Shown: positions 34,267 to 45,039, counted from the stretch's first letter. The stretch: 49,828 bases of DNA from Candidatus Micrarchaeota archaeon (GCA_021827925.1 JAKATZ010000033.1:1-49828), one strand, 5' to 3'. Numbers and translations: made by a program. The notes: a model not told the origin generated them from the sequence alone.

Positions 34267-36504
34267 TCAGGCCCCGAAGGTAATATTGTCCATCCCGTAC
34301 TCAAGATACGCGTTTTCAGTGGTAGCATTCGGCGCATACATCCCTATTTCGTTGAAACCAGGCTGAAGACTTACGTTAAGAGCGTAGCTTCCCTGTGCTC
34401 CGGTCAGGGTTATCTGCCTTAGTGCTTCCTCATGCTGCCCGTAAATCATATACGTCTGAAGCACAAGCCCCGGATACGCAGTCATGGCATTCATTCTTAT
34501 CGTGATGTTCTGCTGTTTAGGCGAGTACACCATTATTCCTCTGGTGTTGTTGCCCCACCACATCGACGAGACCGTCTGGTTGCAAGTGCTGTAAGATCCC
34601 TGGCACAGGTAGTATCCCGGAAGCCATGTGCCTATCGTGTATGCAACAGTTGACTTTCCAACGGTAGAGAGCGCTCCCTCGGTGGAAAACACAGTAGTAT
34701 TTGCATCCTGGTATACTGGATTCCCGAAAATGCTGTTTAAGTACGTGAGCAGTAGTTGCTGTTCCTGCGGCGTGTAAGCGCCCCTGATCACGGATACGAA
34801 TCCCACATTGTATGTCGCAAGCCAGAAATCCGTCAGGTTGCTGTAATTCTCTCTTATAGGATATGGAAATACAAGTCCCTGTCCTCCTTCAAGATAGCTC
34901 GACGAAACGATAAGAGGTATCATGCTAAGGTAAAGCTGCTGGGTCGAGTTCATCCTTGTAGTGTAACCTCCAACTATCGGTTTTTTCATTGCAGTCTGGT
35001 AGTACATCGAGATTCCTGGATACAACATGTATCCATTCAATGGATTTGCAAGTGCGGGCAACATCAGCACGGAGAAATTTCCCTGAAGCCTTCCTAACTG
35101 CTGGTACGCCTTAGGTATGCTGGCATTGGTCATCAGGGTTGATGCAAAGCTTCCGGTAAGCGGCATCCCGTTATACTCTAGCAGAATCAGTGCAGATACT
35201 GCGACCGCGCAGTAGAACGCCTTCCTTTTGTCAAATTCCTTTGTCATAGCACTGAATCCGTATGCCGCAAGGACAGCGAGCGAAATTGTAACAAATACAT
35301 CGAATCTGCCCGGCTCGCGTATTATGTTGAAAATCGGAATATTCCTATACACCGAGTAAAGCGTTGGAACAGCTGAAACGTACGTGTATATTTGCACATA
35401 AGGTCCCAGGGAAAGAAGCACGAAAACGGCAAGGATGACAAGCCAGTAGCCAGTTGTCCTAAGCCTCTTCTCGTTTTTCATTTCGTAGTAAACTCCGAAG
35501 ACGGCCAGGGCAAGTACTGTGTATCCGATGTAAGACACCTTTTCTGATATGTCTGGCTCATACTGGTTACCCTGATAGGTAAGCCCGTAAAGCTGGTTGT
35601 AGTATCCCTTTGCTATGCTTGTGAACACTCCGTTGTAATAGCTAGGCAGGAAGAATGAGAGAAGGTTATCGCTGTACAGCATATTATTCGCAACACCTGA
35701 AAGCTGGTTGGCACCATGAAGCGCCGACGATGTGATGTTTGGTACGATCCATATAAGGAATGGGCTGCCTATCACTGCAACAGAGACCGCAAACACTCCT
35801 GCGTTTATGAAAAGACTCTTCTTCAGGAAACCCCTTCTCTCCCAGACTAGGAAGAGAAGCACCGTTACAAGTGCAAAAAACACCGCCATTATCCCCTGTT
35901 CTATATCTCCGAAGAAGGTCAGCAGAACGAATCCAAACCCGGCAAGGACCGCATAAGCCTTTCTATCCTCTCTCAGCATCAGTATGAAGAAAAGCACGAA
36001 AAGAGGTATGAACTCGATAAGAGTCCACTGCAGGTGCGAGTATCCTTGTGCTATGTGCATAGGGCTGAATGCATACACAAGCCCTGCTATAAAAGAAGCG
36101 TACCTGTTACTGGTGATGCGTTCCGCGAGCATGAACATGAAGATGCCTGATAGTGCAAAGCTTGTGAAGAAAAGAAAATTGTAGGCAAAAGGTATGCTCA
36201 CGGCCTGCAATGGTGCCGACAAGATGCCCGCCAGTGGTTCCATCGTCTGCGAAGCCAGGTCGGCGCCTATGGGATAAAGTATCATCGATGTGTGGTAAGG
36301 CGATTGGTACAGAGTGAAGATCGAGTATGGTACCCACCAGAGATTCCAGAGATTCTGGAACGCATCTCCGCCACCGCTCACTATGCTCGTGGTGATGTTT
36401 GCCGTGATGTTCCAGAACATCGCAAGCGATATCAGTAGATAAACTGCAAACACTGCGGCATACGCCTTTGCAACACCAGCATTCCAGTTTATTTTGAACT
36501 TCAT
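34267..36504 (-). CDS. Large polytopic membrane protein, GT-C/YfhO-like putative glycosyltransferase
   Basis: GGDAFQNLWNLWW after TM1, YAFSP, LSLGP, REPGRF, PIVGGY; >10 TM segments plus a sequon-rich C-terminal domain. Confidence 0.75.
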   Translation of the reverse strand: MKFKINWNAGVAKAYAAVFAVYLLISLAMFWNITANITTSIVSGGGDAFQNLWNLWWVPYSIFTLYQSPYHTSMILYPIGADLASQTMEPLAGILSAPLQAVSIPFAYNFLFFTSFALSGIFMFMLAERITSNRYASFIAGLVYAFSPMHIAQGYSHLQWTLIEFIPLFVLFFILMLREDRKAYAVLAGFGFVLLTFFGDIEQGIMAVFFALVTVLLFLVWERRGFLKKSLFINAGVFAVSVAVIGSPFLIWIVPNITSSALHGANQLSGVANNMLYSDNLLSFFLPSYYNGVFTSIAKGYYNQLYGLTYQGNQYEPDISEKVSYIGYTVLALAVFGVYYEMKNEKRLRTTGYWLVILAVFVLLSLGPYVQIYTYVSAVPTLYSVYRNIPIFNIIREPGRFDVFVTISLAVLAAYGFSAMTKEFDKRKAFYCAVAVSALILLEYNGMPLTGSFASTLMTNASIPKAYQQLGRLQGNFSVLMLPALANPLNGYMLYPGISMYYQTAMKKPIVGGYTTRMNSTQQLYLSMIPLIVSSSYLEGGQGLVFPYPIRENYSNLTDFWLATYNVGFVSVIRGAYTPQEQQLLLTYLNSIFGNPVYQDANTTVFSTEGALSTVGKSTVAYTIGTWLPGYYLCQGSYSTCNQTVSSMWWGNNTRGIMVYSPKQQNITIRMNAMTAYPGLVLQTYMIYGQHEEALRQITLTGAQGSYALNVSLQPGFNEIGMYAPNATTENAYLEYGMDNITFGA

Positions 36505-36615
36505 CGAAGCACTCTAAAACAAGCCCGTGCAAGGATCTTCAGACTTCATAAATATTACATGAAGAACCAATAAATACTCTTCTACGATAACTCTAATTGC
36601 CAAACCGGTATAAAA

Positions 36616-38205
36616 ATGGATAAGAATGAAGGAAGGATAGGCGAGCGAGGAGCCAGAGTGCTTTACTCTCTTGGCGCGGGACAGGTGGCAAGCGTGATGA
36701 TCACGATGGCCACATTTGTCATAATAACGAGGCTCCTAGGTCCATCTGATTACGGCGTTTATGTTTTCGCTTTCGGCTTTGCAACTCTCGTAGACGCTGT
36801 TGGAAACTTCGGCATAGGGACGTTTTTCAGTGCGAAGCTCGCCGAATATTCGTACAAAAATGATGCAAAAGGAGTAATGCGCACTATCTCATCAGGCTAT
36901 TCTCTACTATTCCCGCTCTCTCTTGGACTCACCATCCTGGCACTCGCAATAAGCCTGCTTCTCTCCGGATACCTTTTCCGCCCTCTCGGGATAAGCAGCA
37001 CTACGCTCGCAATAGCCTCGCTTATTATAATATTCTCTGTAGTGGCGAGCGCTTCCTACCATGCGCTCGTGGGCCTTTACAAAGGAGGCCTGGCTTCTGC
37101 ATCAAACATACTCGTGGATATTGTCCAGCTTTTTGCAAGTGCATCTCTACTGCTACTGGGTTTCGGGGTTAACGGCGCCCTGGCGGGGATGGTTATAGGT
37201 TATGCAATTGGCGCAACTGTATCGTTTCTTCTGGTTCTCAGGGAAGCATTCTCGTACGGAGGCATCTGGTCGCGCATGCCTACCCGCGGCGAACTGCGCA
37301 GAACAGCGCGCTACTTCTGGCCGCTCTCAATCAATAATTTCCTCAACAACGGCGTACTCAACTTCTCAATAATCTTCCTAGGTTATTTCATAACAAAAGC
37401 GTCGCTTGGGAATTACGGCGCCGCGTTGAAAGGGGTAAACCTTCTGGTGGTAGCCTACGGCACGATGAGCACAGTGCTGATATCGGTATTTTCCACCGCA
37501 AGATCTGCGAGGAGCAGGAAGAGCATCCCGGCAACGTACAACAAGATACTTAGATATTCCCTGGTGATAACGCTGCCTTTCATAGTGTATGTGGGCGCCT
37601 TCTCCAAGGCAGGTGTGTTCCTGCTCCTCTCAGGCAGGTATGCAATTGCGCCCCTCTACCTTACGCTTATGGCGGCGGGTCTCGCGATAAACCTGCTCGG
37701 ATTCTACATGAGCAGCCTTCTGGCATCAGGCGGGCGCACTCTCAGCATTCTCAAGTACAATCTCGCGTCAGCTGCGTTCCAGTTCGCATTTCTCCTCGCT
37801 CTCGTGCCTTTCTTAGGCGCCATGGGTGGCATACTGGCACTGTTCTTCATCGGGGGCATAGTCGAGGATATACTATTCATAAGGGGAGCAAGGAGGGTCT
37901 TCGGGATAACGTTTGAATACAAAAAGATTGCAATGGTCTTCATATGCAACGGCATACTCGCCATTGCAGTCTACCCTCTCCTTGTCTATGGCGGAACTGT
38001 AGCGCAGTTGATCCTAGGTGCCGCGCTTATCGCAATCCTTTACCCTCCGCTGCTGGCAGTCTCCGGAGCCATAAGCACTGCAGACATGGGCACAATATAC
38101 GACTCCACTTCCAAACTTCCCGCAGTTTCTGGACTAATAAAAGCATTTATCGGTTACACCGGAATATTCATCAGGAACCATCACAAAGGAGGGGCGCATG
38201 GCTGA
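36616..38205 (+). CDS. Oligosaccharide flippase (Wzx/MOP superfamily)
   Basis: ITRLLGPSDYGVY...FGIG, second-half LGNYGAA, ~14 TM segments. Confidence 0.88.
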   Translation: MDKNEGRIGERGARVLYSLGAGQVASVMITMATFVIITRLLGPSDYGVYVFAFGFATLVDAVGNFGIGTFFSAKLAEYSYKNDAKGVMRTISSGYSLLFPLSLGLTILALAISLLLSGYLFRPLGISSTTLAIASLIIIFSVVASASYHALVGLYKGGLASASNILVDIVQLFASASLLLLGFGVNGALAGMVIGYAIGATVSFLLVLREAFSYGGIWSRMPTRGELRRTARYFWPLSINNFLNNGVLNFSIIFLGYFITKASLGNYGAALKGVNLLVVAYGTMSTVLISVFSTARSARSRKSIPATYNKILRYSLVITLPFIVYVGAFSKAGVFLLLSGRYAIAPLYLTLMAAGLAINLLGFYMSSLLASGGRTLSILKYNLASAAFQFAFLLALVPFLGAMGGILALFFIGGIVEDILFIRGARRVFGITFEYKKIAMVFICNGILAIAVYPLLVYGGTVAQLILGAALIAILYPPLLAVSGAISTADMGTIYDSTSKLPAVSGLIKAFIGYTGIFIRNHHKGGAHG

Positions 38206-39769
38206 GATAGGGGGCAGCATAACCGCAACGGAGCTTGGCGCGAGGACCGCAAAGGCAGCATCATTCCTGGTATTCGGAAGGGTATTGTCAGGGCTGGTCG
38301 CTGTCGTTATGTTTGTTGCCATAGCACGGCTGCTCCAGCCGGAGGGATACGGTCTGTATACTCTTGCCATTGCAGTCTCTGGATTTGTGGGATCGTTTGC
38401 AATACCAAGCCTGGGGGTATATTTCAACAGGAATATCCCTCTCAATCTTGCGAAGAAAAAAAAGCACACAATACGCGTTGCAGTGGGAGACGGCATACTT
38501 CTCATACTCGCTGCGACTGCCGTTCTCGCAGCGATAGGCGCGCTGCTTGCAGCGCCGATATCCAAAATGGTATTCGGCGGAATGCATCTCTTCCTGCTTG
38601 ACGTGGCATTTCTCTACGTCATCTCAAGCTCTGTTTACATGTTCTTCTATTCTGTTCTGCTAAGCTTTGGGAAAGGGGAATACGTGTCCGCTATGCAGCT
38701 TACAAACTCCATATTCCAAGGAGCAACAAGCATAGGGCTGATACTTCTGGGCTTCGGCGCATTGGGCGCGGCTTCCGGGATGGTCCTGGGTTCTATAGCC
38801 GCTTCGATTGTTGGAATTGTCTGCCTTCGCTCGCAAGGCGGTGCGTCGTTCCGCATAGACGGCATGCGTGAACGCATGCGGGAAATGCTTGCCTTCACAC
38901 TCCCTCTTGCAGCATCCGGGATAATGGGCAGTGCAATAAGCAATTTCTCAGTGATACTTCTCGGCCTGCTTATAGTGCCTGTATCACTTATAGGTCAGTA
39001 CGGCGTGGCCTCAAGGATAAGCGTACTTGTAGACATAATAAGCGGATCACTGACCATCTTCTTGATACCTATGTTTACTACGGCATTGCACGGCAAAAAG
39101 ACAAAAGGGAGGCTGTCTCAGCTCTATTCATACTCCCTTTATTACGGGGCATTGTTCACGCTCCCGATGATCGCGTACATCTCCATACTGTCTAAGTACC
39201 TTGTCGAAGGGGTATTCACCCTTGCTTACAAGAACGTCATCGTGTACATGCCGCTTGTAAGCATAGGCCTTTTCATCGGGATAGCCTGGAGCTATGCATA
39301 CTCATTGGTTGTGAGCATGGGCGATACACGGCAGGTCCTGAAATATTCTATGATAACTTCTGCTGCCGAGATGGTCTCCCTTTTCCTGCTGACCCCGATA
39401 CTACATGTCATGGGTGTGATAATCTCTTTGCTATACGTGGGAAATATAGCCTCTCTCCTGTTATATCTGCATCGTATACGCGGCACAGGCATAAGATCAT
39501 CAAACAGACAGTTCCCGCGGTTAGTCATATCCTCCATACTTCTCTCCGTTGCAATGCTTCCAATCCTCGCGTCAAATACCCGCCCTCCGGCCGCTCTGCT
39601 TCTCGGAGCCGCAGAAGTTTTCTCCATATATCCCATCCTCGTCGGGATAACCGGCGCGATAAGCCGCCAGGAGATATCCACGCTGCGTGCCATGGTCAGC
39701 GGGATACCAATAGCTGGGGTTGCAATACTGCCTTTCCTCTCATACGCGCGCATATTCTGCAGGAGATAA
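38198..39769 (+). CDS. Oligosaccharide flippase (Wzx/MOP superfamily), tandem paralog
   Basis: IARLLQPEGYGLY, IGQYGVA, ~14 TM segments; overlaps the previous gene by 8 nt. Confidence 0.88.
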   Translation: MAEIGGSITATELGARTAKAASFLVFGRVLSGLVAVVMFVAIARLLQPEGYGLYTLAIAVSGFVGSFAIPSLGVYFNRNIPLNLAKKKKHTIRVAVGDGILLILAATAVLAAIGALLAAPISKMVFGGMHLFLLDVAFLYVISSSVYMFFYSVLLSFGKGEYVSAMQLTNSIFQGATSIGLILLGFGALGAASGMVLGSIAASIVGIVCLRSQGGASFRIDGMRERMREMLAFTLPLAASGIMGSAISNFSVILLGLLIVPVSLIGQYGVASRISVLVDIISGSLTIFLIPMFTTALHGKKTKGRLSQLYSYSLYYGALFTLPMIAYISILSKYLVEGVFTLAYKNVIVYMPLVSIGLFIGIAWSYAYSLVVSMGDTRQVLKYSMITSAAEMVSLFLLTPILHVMGVIISLLYVGNIASLLLYLHRIRGTGIRSSNRQFPRLVISSILLSVAMLPILASNTRPPAALLLGAAEVFSIYPILVGITGAISRQEISTLRAMVSGIPIAGVAILPFLSYARIFCRR

Positions 39770-39770
39770 A

Positions 39771-40472
39771 ATGTACGATGACATTACCGTAATACTGCCG
39801 ACCCTAAACGAAGCGCGTTCACTGCCCATTCTCGCAGGATACCTGCTGCGGAAATACCCTGGAATCAGGGTGATCGTCGTTGACGACGGATCTTCTGACG
39901 GAACGAGGCGCAAAGCCATGGCTATGGCAAAAAGGAACAAAAGCCTCAGGTTCTACGACAGGAAGAGGTACGGTCTAGAAAAAGGCCTTACCAACAGCAT
40001 AATTTATGGCATATCCAAGAGCAGAACGCGATTTGTAATAGCGATGGACGCTGACCTGCAGCATCCCCCCGAGCTTATACCAAAGATCGTGGACAGCTTG
40101 CGCAGTGGATGCGAGATAGCTGTTGCATGCAGAAGTACTGTAGTCGGATGGGAGCTTTACCGGAAGATCGTTTCAAAGATCCTGATTTCCATAGGATATG
40201 CGGTGCTGATAATGCGCGGCAGCGCAAGGTGTGATGACATATTCTCCGGATTTTTCGGCACAAAGCGCAGCCTCTTTATTAAGGAGCAAAGGCTTCGCGG
40301 CGCCGCGTTCATAGGCCCGGGTTACAAGGTCCTTTTCGATCTTCTCAAACAGCTGCCCGCAGGAAGCGTAAAGACATGCAGCATACCCTACGTCTTCCAT
40401 GGCAGAAAGTACGGCAAGTCAAAGGCAGGAGCGACACAGGCATTCTTCCTTTTAAAGTCTTTCCTTAGCTAG
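39771..40472 (+). CDS. GT2 polyprenol/dolichol-phosphate hexosyltransferase (Dpm1-like)
   Basis: ILPTLNE, VDDGSSDGT, MDADLQHPP, SGFF, GYK, R.YGKSK. Confidence 0.9.
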   Translation: MYDDITVILPTLNEARSLPILAGYLLRKYPGIRVIVVDDGSSDGTRRKAMAMAKRNKSLRFYDRKRYGLEKGLTNSIIYGISKSRTRFVIAMDADLQHPPELIPKIVDSLRSGCEIAVACRSTVVGWELYRKIVSKILISIGYAVLIMRGSARCDDIFSGFFGTKRSLFIKEQRLRGAAFIGPGYKVLFDLLKQLPAGSVKTCSIPYVFHGRKYGKSKAGATQAFFLLKSFLS

Positions 40473-42080
40473 CTTCTTCGCAGCACGTACAAAGCTTACG
40501 AAAGGCGGAGAGGGATCCTCAAGCCTCGACCTGAGTTCCGGATGCGACTGTGTTGCAATGCCGAACGAGTCCTTCCATTCTACAAACTCAACGAGCTTCC
40601 CGTCTGTGGTCGTACCGCTGATCACCAGCCCCTTGTCTTCGAGCGCCTTCCTGTAGGCGTTGTTGAACTCGTACCGGTGCCTGTGCCTCTCGGCTATGCT
40701 CTCCCTGCCGTACGCGACGTACGCCTGCGTGCCCTCAGAGAGTCTGCACTTCCATAGCCCGAGCCTCATCGTACCTCCCTTCTTATCGACCCCCCTCTGC
40801 GATTTCAGCAAGTCTATCACCTTGTATCTTGAACCTCCGTTGAATTCCGAGGAGTCAGCGTTCTTCATGCCAGCAATGTTCCTCGAATACTCAACGACCA
40901 TCAGCTGCATGCCAAGGCAAATCCCAAGGTACGGCACCTTGTTCTCCCTCGCATACCTTATCGCGTTCACCATGCCCTCTATCCCTCTCTTTCCGAAGCC
41001 TCCAGGCACAAGTATGCCATCCACATCTTCAAGCTTTTTACCCGTATCCCCTTTCTCCAGAGTGTCAGATTCTATCCATTTCACATCTATTCTCGAGTCG
41101 AGTGCCGCGCCGGCGTGTATCAGCGCCTCTTTCACGCTTGCATAAGAGTCTCTGAGGTCAGTGTATTTGCCTACTATCGCGATCCTTGTGGAGGACCCTG
41201 GCTTTATAACCTTCTCCACCTTCTTAGACCATGAAGCCATCTTGCTCTTGTTCGCCTTCCTTCCCTTCAGTCCCATGGCATTTAGAAGCATCCTGTCAAA
41301 GCCCTGCTTCATGAAATGAAGTGGCAGCTTGTATATGGTTTCCTGATCCGAATCGTCTATCACGCGCTCCTTGCTTATGTTCGCAAAGAGGGCCAGTTTC
41401 TCCTTTGTTTTCTCTTCCAGCTTCCTGCTGCTTCGACATATCACAAAATCCGGTCTTATGCCAGATTGCAGCATAGATCTGAAACCCAGCTGAGCGGGCT
41501 TCGTCTTCTGTTCTCCTACAACGTCAAGCTGTGGCGAATAAGTAAGGTTTATGAAAATCACCTCGTGCCTGAGTGCGAACTGCCTCATCGCTTCTATGAA
41601 GTAGCTGTTCTCTATGTCTCCCACGGTCCCGCCGACCTCAATCACGAGTACGTCTGTCTTCTTCTCCTCGGCTACCTTCTCAACCATCCTTATCGCCTCG
41701 TTTGTCAGATGCGGTATTATCTGTACGTCCTCCCCGAGAAAGCCGCCCTTCCTTTCCTTCGTTATCACTTCCTCAAACAGCTTCCCGCCTGTTATGGATA
41801 GGTCTCCGGTGAGGTTCTTGTTGAGGAACCTCTCGTATATTCCGAAGTCCATGTCAACCTCGCTCCTATCGTCAAGCACAAACACTTCCCCATGCCTGTA
41901 CGGATTCATGGTCCCGCAGTCGTAATTCAGGTAACCGTCGAATTTAACCGGCATTGCATTGTAATCGTAGAAATCAAGGATCTTAAGTATGGAGGAGGTC
42001 ACGACTCCTTTTCCCAGGCCGCTCATCAAGGAGCCCAGTATCACGATATATTTTGATTGCATATCTCTATTCTTCTGCAT
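40452..42080 (-). CDS. pyrG: CTP synthase
   Basis: SGLGKG, GTMNPYRHGEVFV, EVGGTVGDIE, KTKP, GICLG, RHRHRYE, HPE. Confidence 0.98.
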   Translation of the reverse strand: MQKNRDMQSKYIVILGSLMSGLGKGVVTSSILKILDFYDYNAMPVKFDGYLNYDCGTMNPYRHGEVFVLDDRSEVDMDFGIYERFLNKNLTGDLSITGGKLFEEVITKERKGGFLGEDVQIIPHLTNEAIRMVEKVAEEKKTDVLVIEVGGTVGDIENSYFIEAMRQFALRHEVIFINLTYSPQLDVVGEQKTKPAQLGFRSMLQSGIRPDFVICRSSRKLEEKTKEKLALFANISKERVIDDSDQETIYKLPLHFMKQGFDRMLLNAMGLKGRKANKSKMASWSKKVEKVIKPGSSTRIAIVGKYTDLRDSYASVKEALIHAGAALDSRIDVKWIESDTLEKGDTGKKLEDVDGILVPGGFGKRGIEGMVNAIRYARENKVPYLGICLGMQLMVVEYSRNIAGMKNADSSEFNGGSRYKVIDLLKSQRGVDKKGGTMRLGLWKCRLSEGTQAYVAYGRESIAERHRHRYEFNNAYRKALEDKGLVISGTTTDGKLVEFVEWKDSFGIATQSHPELRSRLEDPSPPFVSFVRAAKKLAKERL

Positions 42081-42186
42081 ATATTTAAATTTGCTTTGGG
42101 GCGGTCAACAACTGTAAATAAAGGCAAAGACATTTCCGAAAAATTCTATTAACCTTTGCTTGCAATATTTAATTCCCGATGATACC

Positions 42187-42708
42187 ATGCACTTGGAAGC
42201 TGGCGCAGAGTCGCCCAAGAAAGTGAACGCATTCATAGAGATACCGAAGGGCAGCAACATAAAGTACGAGTATGATGAAAAGTCAGGCTTCATGAGGGTA
42301 GACAGGATACTGCACACTTCGATGGTGTATCCTTACAACTATGGGTTCATACCTGGGACGCTTGGCGAGGACGGAGATCCACTCGACATAATGGTCATAA
42401 GCTCCGCATCATTCGTGCCAAACAGCGTGATAGTTGCCAGGCCGATAGGCTTGCTGCTCATGAAAGACGAGGAGGGCATCGATACAAAGATAATGGCCGT
42501 GCCTCTGCCTAAAGTCGATCCCGCATTCAAGGACGTCTCTGGAATGGACGGCATCAACGAGAGCACGAAGAGCATGATATCGCACTTTTTCTCATATTAC
42601 AAGAGTATTGAGCCCGGCAAGTGGGCCGAGGTAAGCGGCTGGGAGGGTGCAGAGAAGGCATACGAGCATATAGAAAAAGCCCAGTCAAAGGCGTTGCACA
42701 AAGGCTAA
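42187..42708 (+). CDS. ppa: Soluble inorganic pyrophosphatase (family I)
   Basis: EIPKGS..KYE, YPYNYG, DGDPLD, DEEGIDTK, YKSIEPGKW. Confidence 0.96.
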   Translation: MHLEAGAESPKKVNAFIEIPKGSNIKYEYDEKSGFMRVDRILHTSMVYPYNYGFIPGTLGEDGDPLDIMVISSASFVPNSVIVARPIGLLLMKDEEGIDTKIMAVPLPKVDPAFKDVSGMDGINESTKSMISHFFSYYKSIEPGKWAEVSGWEGAEKAYEHIEKAQSKALHKG

Positions 42709-42747
42709 ACACGAAGTATTCAGGAATCTTTGCCGGTATCAAAGGCA

Positions 42748-43512
42748 TCAAGCCTTCTTTACCAGAAACGTGCCTGCGGGAAGATGTTGCATTATGTAAT
42801 CTATGTCATGATATGGAAGAATGCCTGATATGGCCTTAGCAGCATCGGACTTTTTTGACCTTCCTATAGCTATAACAGCGCGCTCCTTCACCTTCAATCT
42901 TTCAGAAGTGATGAATGGAGCTATCATAATCTTGCCTTCATGCATGAACGCAGCGAGTTTAAGCTGCACGTTCTTGTGCCACTCCCTCTCTCCCTCAAGA
43001 AGGAAACTGCCCGTGGAAAGCGATCCTTTTCCGGTAGATTTCGTGACCTGCTTCCTTCTCATTGCATACACGTCAACTGCAGTCTGGGCGTTTTCCCATG
43101 CCCTTGAGAAAGACGCGGCGAACTGCGCAGCCTCATCCCGCGCCTCGCTTGACGAATTCCCTCCGTCCTTAAGTATCACAACAGAGGCTCCGAAAACGTC
43201 GGCGTGGAAGAAAAGATCATTATCATCGAAGTATTTTGAGTTCAGCTCCTCGTTTTGCACCGCGCTCCTGCCACCTACTGCAAGCATGCCCTCGCTTGTG
43301 AAGAACCAGTTGAATCTTTCATACCACTCCTTCTTTATATTCCTAATCTGCCTTTTTGCCTCCCCCTCTTCATCAAGCTCCCCCAGCCTGCCTTCAAGCT
43401 CCTCTGCCGCTGCATCTGCACCAGCTGCCTTCCTTTCGGCCCTCTTCGATCGTGAGAAATACTCTTCCGCGTTTTCCTGAGCTGATTTAGTAAAGTCTAT
43501 CTCGATCTCCAT
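42748..43512 (-). CDS. NFACT-R (DUF814) domain protein; C-terminal half of an Rqc2/NEMF homolog
   Basis: QENAEEYF coil, WYERFNWF, GGRSAVQNE, FFHADVFGAS, SRAW, QVTK...GSF. Confidence 0.85.
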   Translation of the reverse strand: MEIEIDFTKSAQENAEEYFSRSKRAERKAAGADAAAEELEGRLGELDEEGEAKRQIRNIKKEWYERFNWFFTSEGMLAVGGRSAVQNEELNSKYFDDNDLFFHADVFGASVVILKDGGNSSSEARDEAAQFAASFSRAWENAQTAVDVYAMRRKQVTKSTGKGSLSTGSFLLEGEREWHKNVQLKLAAFMHEGKIMIAPFITSERLKVKERAVIAIGRSKKSDAAKAISGILPYHDIDYIMQHLPAGTFLVKKA

Positions 43513-43536
43513 CCTTAATTACACTCGGAGTTTACT

Positions 43537-43725
43537 TCATGTCGTGGTTATGAGGCCCACGATCTCAAAGATAATGAACGCAAGCAAGCCGAGCACAATG
43601 GTGCCAAGAAGCACCACCTTGAGGGTCCTGCTGAATGTGCTTACGTCTGGCTTGTAGCTCACGCTCAGAACGTGCTTTGAATCAGAGTAAAAAAGCCTGA
43701 GCTTCTTTGCCATGTTCAAGTCCAT
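43537..43725 (-). CDS. secE: Protein translocase SecE / Sec61-gamma
   Basis: HVLSVSYKPD..F..TLK followed by one TM (G...LG); canonical position after ftsZ. Confidence 0.88.
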   Translation of the reverse strand: MDLNMAKKLRLFYSDSKHVLSVSYKPDVSTFSRTLKVVLLGTIVLGLLAFIIFEIVGLITTT

Positions 43726-43837
43726 AAAATCAAATCATTATCGTATAGGTTGTTTATATAGCTTTGCGGTTTCTGCCGGTTGCCCACTGGCGATCATCAA
43801 CACAAACGGCAACAGCGCCGCCGCCAGCTACTGGTCT

Positions 43838-44911
43838 TTACTCCTGTTCGAAGATCTGGTCAAGATCCAGCTCTCCCGACTCATCGATCCTCTTCCTTAT
43901 CCCGCCTTCGGTGTATTCTGCGAACTCAACACCCCCCATGACAACCATAACTTTTATCGCAGTCTTCTGCATCGTTGGTTCTATTCTTGCTCCCCATTTC
44001 AGCATAGCATCTGGGCTTATCCTGCTCGCAACCTCCTGGAATACCTTCTCCGCTTCACGCAGGGTCAGGTCCTCCCCTCCTACAATATTCACCAGCGCCT
44101 TCTTCGCAGTGCCAAGGTTTACGTCAAGTAATGGGCTCCTTAGCGTATTCTCTATCGCGACGGTGGCCCTGTCTGCCGTCTGCGTCGCATTCGCTTCACC
44201 TATTCCTATCACTGCGTATCCAGAATCCTTCAGCACGCTCCTAAGGTCTGCGAAATCGAGATTTACCATTCCCGGTTTAGTCACCATCTCTATTATTCCC
44301 TTTGTCGCGTTCGCAAGCACCTCATCGCTTATCCTGAATGCCATGTTCAGGGGCAGATCCGGCGCAACTGAAAGCAATTTGTCATTAGGTATTATTATCG
44401 TCGTGTCAGTGACTCTCTTGAGCCTTGCCAATCCTTCCAGGGCGTTTCTCATCCTAGGTCTGCCTTCGCTAGAGAAGGGGAGCGTTACTATGCCTACAGT
44501 CAGGGCTCCTGATTCCTTCGCCTCATGCGCAATCACCGGAGCAGAGCCAGTTCCAGTGCCGCCTCCAAGCCCACAGGTCACGAAAGTCAGCTGTGCATCG
44601 CTCAGCACATGCCTTATCTCCTCCTTGCTCTCCATCGCAGACTCCTCGCCAAGCTTCGGATCGCTTCCTGCCCCGAGCCCACGCGTGAGTTTCTTGCCTA
44701 TCAACACCTTCCTGTCTGATTTGATCTTCGAAAGATGCGGGGCATCGGTATTCATTGCTATGAGCTTTGCTCCCTCTATGTTCAGCTCTGCTATCCTGGC
44801 TATAGTGTTAGATCCGCTTCCTCCAGCTCCAACTATATATATTTTCGGCTTTGCCGATTCTATGAACTTAAGCAGCTCTTCGTCGTCTGGAGAGATGGTG
44901 TTTTCAGCCAT
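43838..44911 (-). CDS. ftsZ: Cell division protein FtsZ
   Basis: GAGGSG, NTD, GLGAG, GGGTGTG, PF..EG, NLDFAD. Start at ATG 44911. Confidence 0.98.
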   Translation of the reverse strand: MAENTISPDDEELLKFIESAKPKIYIVGAGGSGSNTIARIAELNIEGAKLIAMNTDAPHLSKIKSDRKVLIGKKLTRGLGAGSDPKLGEESAMESKEEIRHVLSDAQLTFVTCGLGGGTGTGSAPVIAHEAKESGALTVGIVTLPFSSEGRPRMRNALEGLARLKRVTDTTIIIPNDKLLSVAPDLPLNMAFRISDEVLANATKGIIEMVTKPGMVNLDFADLRSVLKDSGYAVIGIGEANATQTADRATVAIENTLRSPLLDVNLGTAKKALVNIVGGEDLTLREAEKVFQEVASRISPDAMLKWGARIEPTMQKTAIKVMVVMGGVEFAEYTEGGIRKRIDESGELDLDQIFEQE

Positions 44912-45039
44912 TGTATTACCGTCGCCCTTCCCATACAAATTGCACTGAAAGCATAAAAAGATTTGCACATGCAGAAAGCTCTCGTCACCCTCAACACAAA
45001 GATATAAATCTTTTGAACCGGCTGATACATCAGTGAAGC

